A DNA stretch of 63,418 nt, filler included, from Octopus bimaculoides (Eukaryota): the NCBI RefSeq assembly GCF_001194135.2. It is 4 parts of 4 records of this genome, joined end to end, with 100 filler letters (N's around TTAATTAATTAA, not from the genome) between each part and the next. Parts side by side here need not be neighbours in the genome. Positions count along the whole stretch, not along the records: positions 1 to 23,035 come from NC_068995.1; positions 23,136 to 49,069 come from NC_068981.1; 2 more parts are not named here. One strand, written 5' to 3'. A program made the position numbers and the translations under genes. The notes under the pieces are model-generated. The model worked only from the letters and a program-made list of their open reading frames with translations. It made no database searches and was not told where the DNA came from. Shown here piece after piece: positions 12,135-24,570 of this stretch. Numbering within the stretch: the first letter of the stretch is position 1; the number at the start of each line of letters is the position of its first letter.

Positions 12135-13003
12135 TTTGTCAGCTGTAATCATGCATATCTAAGAAGGTTGACAGCTATCATCTATGTGTGTGTATATTGT
12201 ATATATGTAATGTGCACATGCACACAGACACACACACACACACACACATACGCATTTAAATATATTCTGTCAACATTTGTTCACATTATTTTTTTCTCTG
12301 TGATATTTTCATGTTATCATTGCTGCTAATGTTATTTGTTTCTCTCATTGTTACAACTGTCCTCTTAAATTTAAACTATTTTGTTGTTATTAAATGTTTA
12401 TCATACACACTGATGCACACACACAAGCATATCCATATATATATATTCATTTTTCAATGTTATCTCTATTGATTTTCTGTAGGATTCAGAGCTTGCACTG
12501 TAAGTTGCAACATTTCATAAACAAATACACCTATGTAAACAATGCAACTGAAGACAGGAAAAATACAGGCATTGGGTGTACATACATATTTCATCGATTA
12601 TTGTCCTTTCATCAGCACTTCATCTAATCCATGAGCTATCCGCAAACACATTTCTTAAATACCCAGAAGATTTAGTGGTAAAGACAATAATCCTTGAAAT
12701 ATGCTTATATACCATTATCTATGTTTTTTGTTTCTCATTAATTATATTGTTTACTGATTAATTGGCGTATCTGCTTACAAAGCATCATAACTTATACTAC
12801 TAGTTCTGAGTTCTGTAGAAAGTTTATAGAGAGACAAACTTTAAAAATGAAATTATAACATTGTTAGCATGTGGTAAGATATAGTATTGACTTATAAATC
12901 CATAACATACTTAGTAACATATTATGGCTGCAGACCAAAATACTGTTGCCTTACCAGCAATTAAACACAAACACATGAATATATATGTATATGTGTGTGT
13001 GCG

Positions 13004-13035
<32 letters not shown>

Positions 13036-13039
13036 CATA

Positions 13040-13240
13040 TATCATCATCATCATCGTCATTTAACGTCCGCTTTCCATGTTAGCATGGGTTGGACGATTT
13101 GACTGAGGACTGGTGGACCAGGAGGCTACACCAGGCTCCAATCTGATTTGTCAGAGTTTCTACAGCTGGATGCCCTTCCTAACGCCAACCACTCCGAGAG
13201 TGTAGTGGGTGCTTTTACGTGCCACCGGCACGAAGGCCAG
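13040..13240 (-). mobile_element. RTE-tailed SINE (family C)
   Basis: (atc)n-tttaacgtccgctttccatg...ggatgcccttcctaacgccaaccact, highly similar to 63180-63418. Confidence 0.85.
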
Positions 13241-13291
<51 letters not shown>

Positions 13292-13404
13292 CACACACAC
13301 ACAAACACACACTCACACATATATACACACACACACATACATGCATATATATATATATATATACACATATCTTCCCACATATACACAATATACGATTATC
13401 ATCA

Positions 13405-13745
13405 TCATCATCATCATCATCATCATTGCCATCATCACTGTCATTGTCATTTTTATCCTCTAACATCTGTTTTCCCATGCTTGCATTTGTTAGATGGGTC
13501 TTTTCCAGCACAGCACAACACAGGCTTATTGCAGTCCATCATCATCTGTTTCGAGAGGCTCAGCTTCTTGGGATCATCCTTTACCGATTCTTCCTATACC
13601 TTCATCTGTCTTCATCTACAACAGGTTCATCTGCTGTTCTGATTCTTGGCCATGCTATGACCGACTGACGTCTCTCATACACCTTCACGTACCCATATAT
13701 TCAGCTTTTGCTTCCTCTATTCCTCTTAATAATCACATTTTTGCT
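13405..13745 (-). mobile_element. Decayed 3' end of an RTE-clade LINE
   Basis: Minus strand gives EESVKDDPKKLSLSKQMMMD (RTE C-terminal W.E.V..DL..L.L...MA.DR pattern), then a 3' UTR atgcaagcatgggaaaacagatgtta and a (GAT)n tail. Confidence 0.6.
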
Positions 13746-13872
13746 TGAGATCATTTATACATGCAAGATTCATTATATTTTATACTTTGCACATTATATA
13801 TATTTATTTTCTAACCTTACTACATATATACCTACTCACACAAACACATCCACATGTGTATATATACATATA

Positions 13873-14222
13873 TGTTGTTGTTGTTGGTACTCCGTCGCTT
13901 ACGATGTCGAGGGTTCCAGCTGATCCGATCAACGGAACAGCCTGCTCGTGAAATTAACGTGCAAGTGGCTGAGCACTCCACAGACATGTGTACCTTTAAT
14001 GTAGTTCTCAGGGATGTTCAGGCACAACAGAAACAGGAAGTAAGAGTGAGAGAAAGTTGGTGAAAGAGTACAGCAGGGTTCGCCACCAACCCCTGCCGGA
14101 GCCTCGTGGAGCTTTAAGTGTTTTCGCTCAATAAACACTCACAACGCCCGGTCTGGGAATCGAAACCGCGATCCTATGACTGCGAGTCTGCTGCCCTAAC
14201 CACTGGGCCATTGCGCCTCCAC
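13873..14222 (-). mobile_element. tRNA-derived SINE (family D) with (AAC)n tail
   Basis: Minus head GGAGGCGCAATGGCCCAGTGGTTAGGGCAGCAGACTCGCAGTC...GGTTTCGATTCCC (A and B boxes); ends ...gacggagtacc(aac)n. Confidence 0.85.
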
Positions 14223-17009
14223 ATATACATATATATATATACACACACACACACATNNNNNNNNNNNNNNNNNNNNNNNNNNNNNNNNNNNNNNNNNNNN
14301 NNNNNNNNNNNNNNNNNNNNNNNNNNNNNNNNNNNNNNNNNNNNNNNNNNNNNNNNNNNNNNNNNNNNNNNNNNNNNNNNNNNNNNNNNNNNNNNNNNNN
14401 NNNNNNNNNNNNNNNNNNNNNNNNNNNNNNNNNNNNNNNNNNNNNNNNNNNNNNNNNNNNNNNNNNNNNNNNNNNNNNNNNNNNNNNNNNNNNNNNNNNN
14501 NNNNNNNNNNNNNNNNNNNNNNNNNNNNNNNNNNNNNNNNNNNNNNNNNNNNNNNNNNNNNNNNNNNNNNNNNNNNNNNNNNNNNNNNNNNNNNNNNNNN
14601 NNNNNNNNNNNNNNNNNNNNNNNNNNNNNNNNNNNNNNNNNNNNNNNNNNNNNNNNNNNNNNNNNNNNNNNNNNNNNNNNNNNNNNNNNNNNNNNNNNNN
14701 NNNNNNNNNNNNNNNNNNNNNNNNNNNNNNNNNNNNNNNNNNNATGAACTCTTTTTCAACAAGAAGTTTATGTCTGTTCCTGTTGAAAAAGAGTTCATAA
14801 CTCCAACTAAAAACATTTGTCTCCCCTTACACACACTTCCTGTTTTGACACCACAGTTCCTGCTTAACACAAACTTTTAACCCTTTTTTAAAACCTAACA
14901 CAACTCTCTATTCTCATGCATCCTGATTTTTCCAACCATTATATACATGGATTACCATTGAACTTCAAAAGCTCAAAGACAATATAATGTATTGGTATAT
15001 TTATTTTTTTATATATTATTTTTCTTATATATTATTTTCTTCATTTTGTACTTCTTTGTAAAAAAACATTTTCATTCTCCTTCTTGAAAATTTGCTTTGC
15101 AAGAAAAGCCGGTTAGAAATCTTTATTAAAACATGCTTCCAATTAGAAATTTTTATTAAAATATGCTTCCAGTTTAGCATTCTGCCTTATTCTTCATTTT
15201 CCTATTATTTCTCCACGTGCGGTTAACACAACCCCACCATTTACTGACTTATATATATAAATGCACACACACATATACATATATATAAATGTAATGCTGA
15301 TGATAATCCTTTATCTGAAATCCAAAATTCAAAAAGAAAAAAAATTTTTAAATTAGAGAAGCACCAGAAATGGTAAATTCCCAGAAGTGCTAAGAATTTT
15401 ATTTACTTCTACATATCTACATATTTAAAAAAAATATTTTGTTACTTTATTATTTTAAAAGAATTTCTTTTTTTTTTTCAGTTAGTTGGCCTTTTATAAA
15501 TATCAAACAATGAGAGATATGTATCCAGAGAATTTTCTAGATATTTTTTCTCATTTTTTTTTTTTAATACTTCACACTGATTTTAGCAATCCTAGTGTAT
15601 ATAATACAATATTTCACTTTTGTAAAAGACATTCTCAACTGGATGGATTTGTTGCTGTGTTATAATATAAGGCTTCTTTGATCTGCTTGATATTAAACAT
15701 ATGACCGAGGCTGTGTTCAGTCACTGGTTGCAAATTTTCTTGGCTCTATATGAACAATACATCCTTCTTTTATAATTGTTTTAATCTTGCCACTATTTTT
15801 TCTTTTTTTTTTTTTTACAATGTCTAATTGCTTGGGCAATGTTTCTGTTTGTGCAATTCATTTGCAAAATTGAAAAGAAAGCGTTATATTCTAAGACTGC
15901 CATTTCCATTATTAATTTACTAGTTTCCTTCTTTCTTATTAAACATTTAAGAAAAAAGGTGACGGGGAGGTAAGTGACTTGATCTTTACTCTTTGTTCCC
16001 ATCATTTTTAGCTACTATTTCTAGCTGATTAAATGACTACTCCTTCCCAACAATATTACACTGGGGTAAATATGATTCTTTATAATTATTTCCATATATT
16101 TTTATCTCTTTCGATCTAAGATTTTTTACAATTTTTTTCACTATATATTTCAAACTCATAAATGCTAAATTATTTCAAAAGACAGTATAGAGGTAAGCAT
16201 TTTCATAATTTTTTTTCCAGTAATTCTTTGACTTTTTTAACTATCGCCCCTTTTCTTTTTCTAAAACTTTCTCACAACACCACCTTGCCGCGATTCGACA
16301 CACCAGCCTCCATTTGAGCATACATGTAATACAAGTTACCCAGAATAACTTAGTTCTGGGTACTAGTTTAACATGGGTGGCTTTTTACCACAGTACCTCT
16401 CTGACTTACTTATCGAGTCCTGTGACTGCATAATCTAATTTTAAGGTCATTCTTGAGAAATCTGTGAAACTGGGTAAACCTTTAAAAATAAACAAAGTAA
16501 AAGACTTCAAGTGCATTTTCAAATTCTTTTTTCTATATTTCTATCCTTGTGAAACAGTAATTTTTTTCTATCCATCCATCCATACATACATAGACACATA
16601 TGTACATCATATGTATGTACATACATACATGCATGCATGCATGTGTGCGTACAAGCATGTGTGCATACATACATACATGCATACATGCATACATACATAC
16701 ATATTAAACAAACAAATTAATATGCGATAAGATATTTAGCCAATTGTGCATATATGTATGTATGCATGTGTGTATATATATNNNNNNNNNNNNNNNNNNN
16801 NNNNNNNNNNNNNNNNNNNNNNNNNNNNNNNNNNNNNNNNNNNNNNNNNNNNNNNNNNNNNNNNNNNNNNNNNNNNNNNNNNNNNNNNNNNNNNNNNNNN
16901 NNNNNNNNNNNNNNNATATATATATATATATATATATATAAGATGGAGGTGGAAGTAGCACAAAAGTAAATCTAAGACATTTCAATTGTCTTGGTTTCTC
17001 TCAACCATA

Positions 17010-17135
17010 TTCATTCTCAAGACTTTGGCCATTCCAAGGATATAGTAGAAGATACTTGGCCAAAATTTCACATAGTAGGAAATGAACCTGGAACCATGCT
17101 GTTGAGAAACAATCTTCTTACCACACAGCCATGCC
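17010..17135 (-). mobile_element. Diverged family A SINE head
   Basis: gactttggcc...tagtagaagatacttggccaaa...gaacctggaaccatg...cttaccacacagccatgcctg. Confidence 0.7.
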
Positions 17136-17469
17136 TGAACCTATGTATTGTTGATATTTATTCAAAAACTGATTTTACTCTAGATTTCAATTAGAATAAA
17201 CTGCTTTTGTTTCGATTAATTTTGAAAACAAGGAAAAATTTAGTAAAATAACTGTTATTTTACTGATGCTGTATTGAATATAAATTAACCTGAAATTTTG
17301 GCAGAAAAATGGTTTTAATTTAAATCACTTTAGAACAGGAAATTCATACCATAAAACCAGAGGCAGTCTCAGGCAGTGTAGGATCAAATTGGTAAGAATT
17401 TTACGAGAGACTTATTTCTAAAAATATCAGAAATAATTAACATTTTCCAGGAATTAAATGCTAATTAAT

Positions 17470-17945
17470 ATATTGATTGTTTTCTCTCAGTCACTGATTC
17501 TTTCCTGCTCTCTATCTTCTTGTCTCACTCTCTCTCCTTCTCTCACTCTCTCTCCATCTCTCACTCTCTCTCCTTCTCTCACTCTCTCACACTTTTTTTC
17601 ACCCTTTCATTCACCCTCTCTCTCCCTCCCTCTCCCTCCCTCTCCCTCTCTCTTTCTCTCTCCCCTTCTGTTTCTCTCTCCTCATCTCTTTCCCCTCTCT
17701 CTCACTATCCCTCTCTCTATCTCTCTCACCCTCCCCCCTTTCTCTACCCTCTTTCTCTACCCTCTTTCTCCTTTTCTCTCCCTCTCTCCCACACTCCCCT
17801 CCCTGTCTCTCACATATATCTCCCCCTCTCTCTTCCCCTTCTCCCCTCCCCCTCTCTTCCTCGTCTCCCCTTCTCTCCTTCTCTCACCCCCCTCTTTCTC
17901 TACTCTAATCCCCTATCTTTTCCAATCTCTTCACTTTCTCCTTTT
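17470..17945. repeat. CT-rich polypyrimidine tract with 18-bp TCTCACTCTCTCTCCWTC units
   Basis: About 470 nt almost entirely C/T; 3-4 tandem 18-mers near 17520-17590. Confidence 0.85.
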
Positions 17946-18299
17946 ATATCTTGAATCTTTATTCCATTCCTGCCAAATGGACAAACAGACATTTTCCCTA
18001 TTTGTCATTCATTATATTATCTACTTCATTTAATTTTCTACATTTTAATTAATTTGATTCTTGTGAAAAAAAAAGCCATAATCCTTCTAAATTCTAGACA
18101 TTATTTTGAATATATTTGCCATAATATTGAAAGAGGAGAAAAATATCAAACAAAATCAGAAAATTCAAAGATATCTGTAAACAAAAGACAAACATAAACA
18201 AAAATAAAAAGACATTGAAAAATTTGTTTTAGTGTATTTGTATTTGTGCATTGTGTGTGTGTGAGTATTTGTGCACTTGTGTATGTATATGTGTGTATT

Positions 18300-18350
<51 letters not shown>

Positions 18351-18665
18351 NNNNNNNNNNNNNNNNNNNNNNNNNNNNNNNNNNNNNNNNNNNNNNNNNN
18401 NNNNNNNNNNNNNNNNNNNNNNNNNNNNNNNNNNNNNNNNNNNNNNNNNNNNNNNNNNNNNNNNNNNNNNNNNNNNNNNNNNNNNNNNNNNNNNNNNNNN
18501 NNNNNNNNNNNNNNNNNNNNNNNNNNNNNNNNNNNNNNNNNNNNNNNNNNNNNNNNNNNNNNNNNNNNNNNNNNNNNNNNNNNNNNNNNNNNNNNNNNNN
18601 NNNNNNNNNNNNNNNNNNNNNNNNNNNNNNNNNNNNNNNNNNNNNNNNNNNNNNNNNNNNNNNNN

Positions 18666-18704
<39 letters not shown>

Positions 18705-18724
18705 TATATTTATATATTATATAT

Positions 18725-18755
<31 letters not shown>

Positions 18756-18979
18756 AATATAAATATATATTTATATATTATATATACACACATATATATA
18801 CATACATATATATATTGTACACACACACATATATATATATATACATACATACACACAGAGACACATATATGTAAACATACATATAATACATATATACATC
18901 TATAGATAGCTATAGATATAGATGTATACACTAACATACAAATAATTGTGTACGTGTGTACTTATATAAATCTCCGTAT

Positions 18980-19010
<31 letters not shown>

Positions 19011-19494
19011 TATATACATATATGTATATCAATATGTGTAATTTTGCATCAGTCTTCGTTTGTCATTTGCAGTTGATTAGCATAATAAAGAACGAGGAAT
19101 TAGTCTAGCATTAAGAAATAATTTAATCCAACACTTCTATTTCAAAATTCAAGATAATCTGACATTAAGCCAATTATGACAGGCTAAGAATGGAACCAGC
19201 CAACTTAGATGTGACATGAAGATCTCTTTGAGAAGTGAAGAGAAGAAAACTAGAAAACAAAACAAAAAAAACTATGAATGTTAAAAGATAAAAATTTAAA
19301 TATCATCATCACTATCATCATCATCATTATCATTGTCATTGTTATCATCATTGTTGTTGTTGCTGCTGTCATTATCGTCGTCATCATTTCAGAACCTTTT
19401 TCCATAGGTTGGATGGTTTGATTGGATCCAGCAGGTTGAATAATCACATTTTGCTCAAATGTATCAGTTTCGTAATGGTCTCTATAGGGGGGAT

Positions 19495-19800
19495 GCCATT
19501 TATAATACTAACCACACACACACACACCACACACACACAAATACCTAAATATATTCTTTTATTCTTTTACTTGTTTCAGTCATTTGACTGTGGCCATGCT
19601 GGGGCACCACCTTTAGTCGAACAAAATGACCCCAGGACTCTTTGTAAGCCTCGTAATTATTCTGTCAGTCACTTTTTGCTGAACTACTAAGTTACGGGGA
19701 TGTAAACACAGCAGCATCAGTTGTCAAGCGATGTTGGAGGGACAAACACAAACATATACACACATACACATATACACACACACACACATACACACACACA
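19495..19800 (-). mobile_element. 3' module of family A composite SINE
   Basis: cttgtttcagtcatttgactgtggccatgctggggcacc...ggttgtcaagcgatgttggagggacaaacac. Confidence 0.75.
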
Positions 19801-19814
19801 CATATATATATAAG

Positions 19815-19996
19815 CACAAGTGCTGTTGTGTGGTATTAAGAAGTTTGCTTCCCAACCACATGGTTCTGAGTTCAGTTTCACCTCATGCCACCTTGCATAA
19901 GTGTCTTCTACTACAAACCTGGGCCAGACAAATTCTTGTGAGTAGATTTGGTCGAGGGAAACTGACAGAAACCTCATCGTACATAAATGTATATGC

Positions 19997-20043
<47 letters not shown>

Positions 20044-20295
20044 AGACTTCTTGTCTTAACTTCACATAATAGTTGTAAATGAATGTCACCAACATGCAAG
20101 TGGTGTCCTTTGTTTTCAGTTCTTCTGTGGAAACACGTCAGGTCATGGGGAATATTACCTTATTTGGAAACTGGAGAGGGTTGGTGACAAGATGAGCATC
20201 TGATTGCAGAAAATCTGTGTCAGCAAATTCTATCTTACATATGCAAGCATGGAAAAGTGGATTTTAAACAGTGATGATGATGATGTGATGATGTG
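19815..20295 (+). mobile_element. Family A head + (TG)n + RTE-type tail composite SINE
   Basis: CORE-like head (ccttgcataagtgtcttctacta), dinucleotide tract, then ggttggtgacaagatgagcatc...atgcaagcatggaaaagtggattttaaac(gat)n. Confidence 0.7.
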
Positions 20296-21299
20296 ATGAT
20301 GACAGTGATACACATACACACACACACACACACACAGAGTCACACCATAGCTGAAAATAATGAGCACTGATTATATACATGATACTACCCTAACCTTGAA
20401 TGAACTTTAATTCAAAGCATAACGTCGATAATTAAAGTATATTTAATATTCAGTATTACAGATATATTAAAAACAAACTGTACATAAATAAAATCTGTGT
20501 GTATATTGCAAGGCAGGGAAACTAATATTTAAGAAAAATAAACTAGTAAAATAGAACTCAACACCATCACATGTTTTGATGTATAATTTATTTGGCCTCC
20601 ACATTCATTTCTGTACACTTTTTATTTTATCTCTATATACAGTGTAGAGTTTACATATATCTTTTATCATATAGAATTTATATTCCTGCATAGAAAATCA
20701 CACAAATAAATTGTGATGATTCAAGCATATCATCATCACCATCATCATTACCATCATCATCACCATCATCATGATGATTATTATTAATATTATTATTATT
20801 ATTATTATTATCATCAGCATTATATCCAATTACATGTTGTCCTTTGAAACTAAGTTCCAACTCTGCTTGACATGTGAGTAATGAAAAAGGGGCTTACACA
20901 CATTCACTCACACATATCTGCATGCACAAGCGCATACACAAACCCAACTAAGTGAATAGATGCACAAATACAGAGAGACTTGTGCACCCACTTAACTTTC
21001 ACTTTCACTTTCCCTGACTCCCTTTCTCTTTTCTCTCTCCTTTCTATTTCTCTCTCTCATTCTTTATCCATCTATATATATCTCTCTATCTCACTATCTA
21101 AAGATGCATATATTCATATGCATGTACATACATATACATACATGTAGTTAGATAGTAGATACATAGAAAGTTATATAATAAATCAATTGCTGAATACTAT
21201 AAAATTGATCTCTTGCTGTTTATGTGTGTGCTTGTGTGCATGTGTGTGTGTTTGTAAATTTACATTAAAAAAGTAAAAAGAAGAAAATGCATCGAAAAT

Positions 21300-21401
21300 G
21301 CTGATGATAATAATGGCGATGATGATGACAATGATAATGACGATGATGACGATGATGACAACAATGATGATGATGATGATGACAATGATGATGATGATGA
21401 T

Positions 21402-21448
<47 letters not shown>

Positions 21449-21765
21449 TGATGATGACAACAATGATGATGATGATAACAATGATGATGATGATGATGAT
21501 GATGATGACGACAATGAGGATGATGATGACGATGACGACAACGACGACGACGATGATGATGAAGATGACAACAATGATGATGATGATGATAACAATGATG
21601 ATGATGATGATGATGATGATGACGACAATGAGGATGATGATGACGATGACAACGACGACGACGACGACGATGATGACAACAATGATGATGATGATGATGA
21701 TAACAATGATGATGATGATGACAGCAATAATAACGATGACGACAACGAAGATGATGAAGCTATCA
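21300..21765. repeat. (GAT/GAC)n array with AAC/AAT/GAG interruptions and an internal duplication of about 120 bp
   Basis: Directly visible; source of Met/Thr, Ile/Val and Ser ORFs. Confidence 0.9.
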
Positions 21766-22464
21766 TCTTGAGTAAACACAGACAGAATATCATTATAATG
21801 CTTTGCTTTTTGTTTTCCGTCGGAAGGTCTGTTGTATACAATAATAGTACAGACCACACCCTCGCTATGCATAATAACTCATCGGATCCACAGAGGACAA
21901 GAGTGGAAAGCTATTTATAACATTAATGAGATTTCAAAAGATTAAGAAACAGTTAAAACAAGAACAGAAAATAAAAACAAAAATATATATTAAAAAAAAA
22001 ACCAAAAAAAAAATGCTGAAAATAGAACATAGAACGGACCTTAAACAGTAATAAATATTACCCTTGTTTTATACATGCACATCACTGACCAGATCAATGT
22101 GATAATCGTATTGACTATTGATCAGTAATGTCTAAACAACAGGATGAATTGAGCTTCTGAAAAATTATCTGTATACTAATACCCCTGTCTTAGACAGAAG
22201 AGATTCTAAAAATAAAACCATTTTCGCAAATTTTTGCGATAAACATTGGTTTGTTTATAACATATACTGACTATCTGAGAACAGTAAGTTTGGTAAAAAT
22301 GGTAGAATGTCAAACTGAAGAATGTTCTGAATTTAGTTTTAACCTTTTACATTCCAAGATCAAATTATTCTAAGTCCAGTTTTGCTATTGTTGTTGCTGT
22401 TGTTGTTGTCGTCATTATCATTTAACTTCAAATCAACTTTAATCTAACAGACCTATAATGGCTC

Positions 22465-22615
22465 TACAGTAAGAAATTTGCTTTCCAGCCGCATGGTTCT
22501 GAGTTCAATTTCACTGCACAGCAACATGTGCAGCTGGCTTCTACTATAGCCCCACTAAGCCAGTTAAAAACCTTGTGAGTGTATTTGATTGATGGAAACT
22601 GAAAGAAGCCCAACA
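22465..22615 (+). mobile_element. Diverged family A SINE head
   Basis: gtaagaaatttgctttccagccgcatggttctgagttcaa...ccttgtgagtgtatttgattgatggaaactgaaagaagccc. Confidence 0.7.
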
Positions 22616-22697
22616 CACATAAACATAATATATATTTACATTCAAATATGAAATAGAAGCATATGCATGTGATTGATAATGCTTATTCATATGCATG

Positions 22698-22729
<32 letters not shown>

Positions 22730-22731
<2 letters not shown>

Positions 22732-23035
22732 ATCATCATCATCATTGTTTAACGTCTGATTTCCATGCTGGCATGGGTTGGATGGTTTAATGGAGGACTG
22801 GCAAGCCAGGAGGCTGCACCAGGCTCCAATCTGATCTGGCAAGATTTCTGCATCTGGATTCCCTTCCTAATGCCAATCATTCCAAGAGTGTCATGGGTAC
22901 TTTTTACATGCCACTGGCATGGGAGCTAGGCAGGCAGCACTAGCATCGACTATGCTCAAATGGTGCTTTTTATGTGCCACTAGCAAAGGAGCCAGTCCGG
23001 CGGCACTGGCATCAACCACGTTCAAGACCAGTCAG
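22730..23035 (-). mobile_element. RTE-tailed SINE (family C), longer copy
   Basis: atcatcattgtttaacgtctgatttccatgctggcatgggttgg...cccttcctaatgccaatca. Confidence 0.8.
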
Positions 23036-23135
23036 NNNNNNNNNNNNNNNNNNNNNNNNNNNNNNNNNNNNNNNNNNNNTTAATTAATTAANNNNNNNNN
23101 NNNNNNNNNNNNNNNNNNNNNNNNNNNNNNNNNNN
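23036..23135. other. Artificial join: 44 N + TTAATTAATTAA + 44 N
   Basis: Exactly 100 bp; the 12-mer has stops in all six frames; identical at 49070 and 56495. Confidence 0.95.
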
Positions 23136-23157
23136 TATATATATATATATACATATA

Positions 23158-23322
23158 TACGACGAGCTTCTTTCAGTTTCCGTCTACCAAATCCACTCAC
23201 AAGGCTTTGGTCGGCCCGAGGCTATAGTAGAAGACACTTGCCCAAGGTGCCACGCAGTGGGACTGAACCCGGAACCATGTGGTTGGTAAGCAAGCTACTT
23301 ACCACACAGCCACTCCTGCGCC
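23158..23322 (-). mobile_element. Family A SINE head, apparently young copy
   Basis: Minus: GGCGCAGGAGTGGCTGTGTGGTAAGTAGCTTGCTTACCAACCACATGGTTCCGGGTTCAGTCCCACTGCGTGGCACCTTGGGCAAGTG; close to 56611-56772. Confidence 0.9.
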
Positions 23323-24319
23323 TTATATAATCAAAATAAGCAAGAGGATATCAAGAAGTGATGCATTACGACCGTTTCAAGCTACTCCATTTAATTGAAC
23401 AATCCAATCATTACATCAATTTAAATGCAGGGCTATCGTCAGCTGCACAAATAAATATGATTTTAATCAGTCGGATACATTAATAAAATTTTGCTCAAAT
23501 ACTTTAACAGAGCAAGAAGATGGAAGAAATCCATGTTGCCGCTATTGTAGCTAAGAATATGCTACACTTCCAAGAAAAGTATGGAGCTTACTGGGGACAT
23601 AGTTTGCAAAGGATTGTGGTTCATTTCTAATTTATTTGTCTTTTTATGAACTACTAAATCTAAGACTAGAGGACTGTGTCTGTTTGGAACGAAGGGCAAA
23701 AGTGAGTTGACAGCTCATGGCTAGGTATGGTCATAAATATTGTCGATATATTAGGAGTAGTAAATTGGGTATAAAGTAACTGTCTATAAAGGAAGCTGGG
23801 TAGGGGAAGACCCTATATCATGATGTTAATTACCAGTTATAGGGGCAAGACACTAACAATGCCTATGATATTAATACAGAGGAAATTTTATCATGGGATA
23901 CTATGGGGGTTTGTTTATAAACAATATTGTTATGTTGTATAAAGATAGAATTTAAGATTATCAAAAATGATATCATAACCAAAATATGTAAAATGTATAT
24001 ATACATATATATNNNNNNNNNNNNNNNNNNNNNNNNNNNNNNNNNNNNNNNNNNNNNNNNNNNNNNNNNNNNNNNNNNNNNNNNNNNNNNNNNNNNNNNN
24101 NNGAAAGATTACATAGAATCAGTTTAATATTCATTCATGTACTCAATTATTTACTTATTAGGTGGTTTCTATAAAGGCTGCTCTGAGCATTTACTTATGG
24201 AATACTAGAAAGATAAACATGCTATCTATATATTAATTATAAATCAGAAATCAGAACAAATAAAGATGTGTACAGATACACACACATATTTATCTATGTG
24301 CACACATGCACACATATAC

Positions 24320-24570
24320 GTTTATATGGATATAATATAACCATCTCGCATAGACTTAAGTAACTAAAAGGTATCTATTTACGAACAAAGAAAGATAACA
24401 ATTTAAAAGGGATAAGAGGTTAATGGGTTATGCACATATATGCATATATACACATATACATATATTTATATGTTTGTATGGATATAATATAACCATCTCG
24501 CATAGACCTAGTAGCTGAAAAATCTCTATTTAAGAACAGTAACACCTTTTAGGAATAAGAGGTTAATAGG
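24320..24570. repeat. Diverged tandem duplication, period about 152 bp
   Basis: tggatataatataaccatctcgcatagac...ataagaggttaat at about 24327 and 24479. Confidence 0.8.

Noticed and set aside
12660-12710. CAGAAGATT...AATCCTTGAAAT hammerhead-like remnant
   Set aside because: Core and stem both disrupted; cannot be distinguished from chance.
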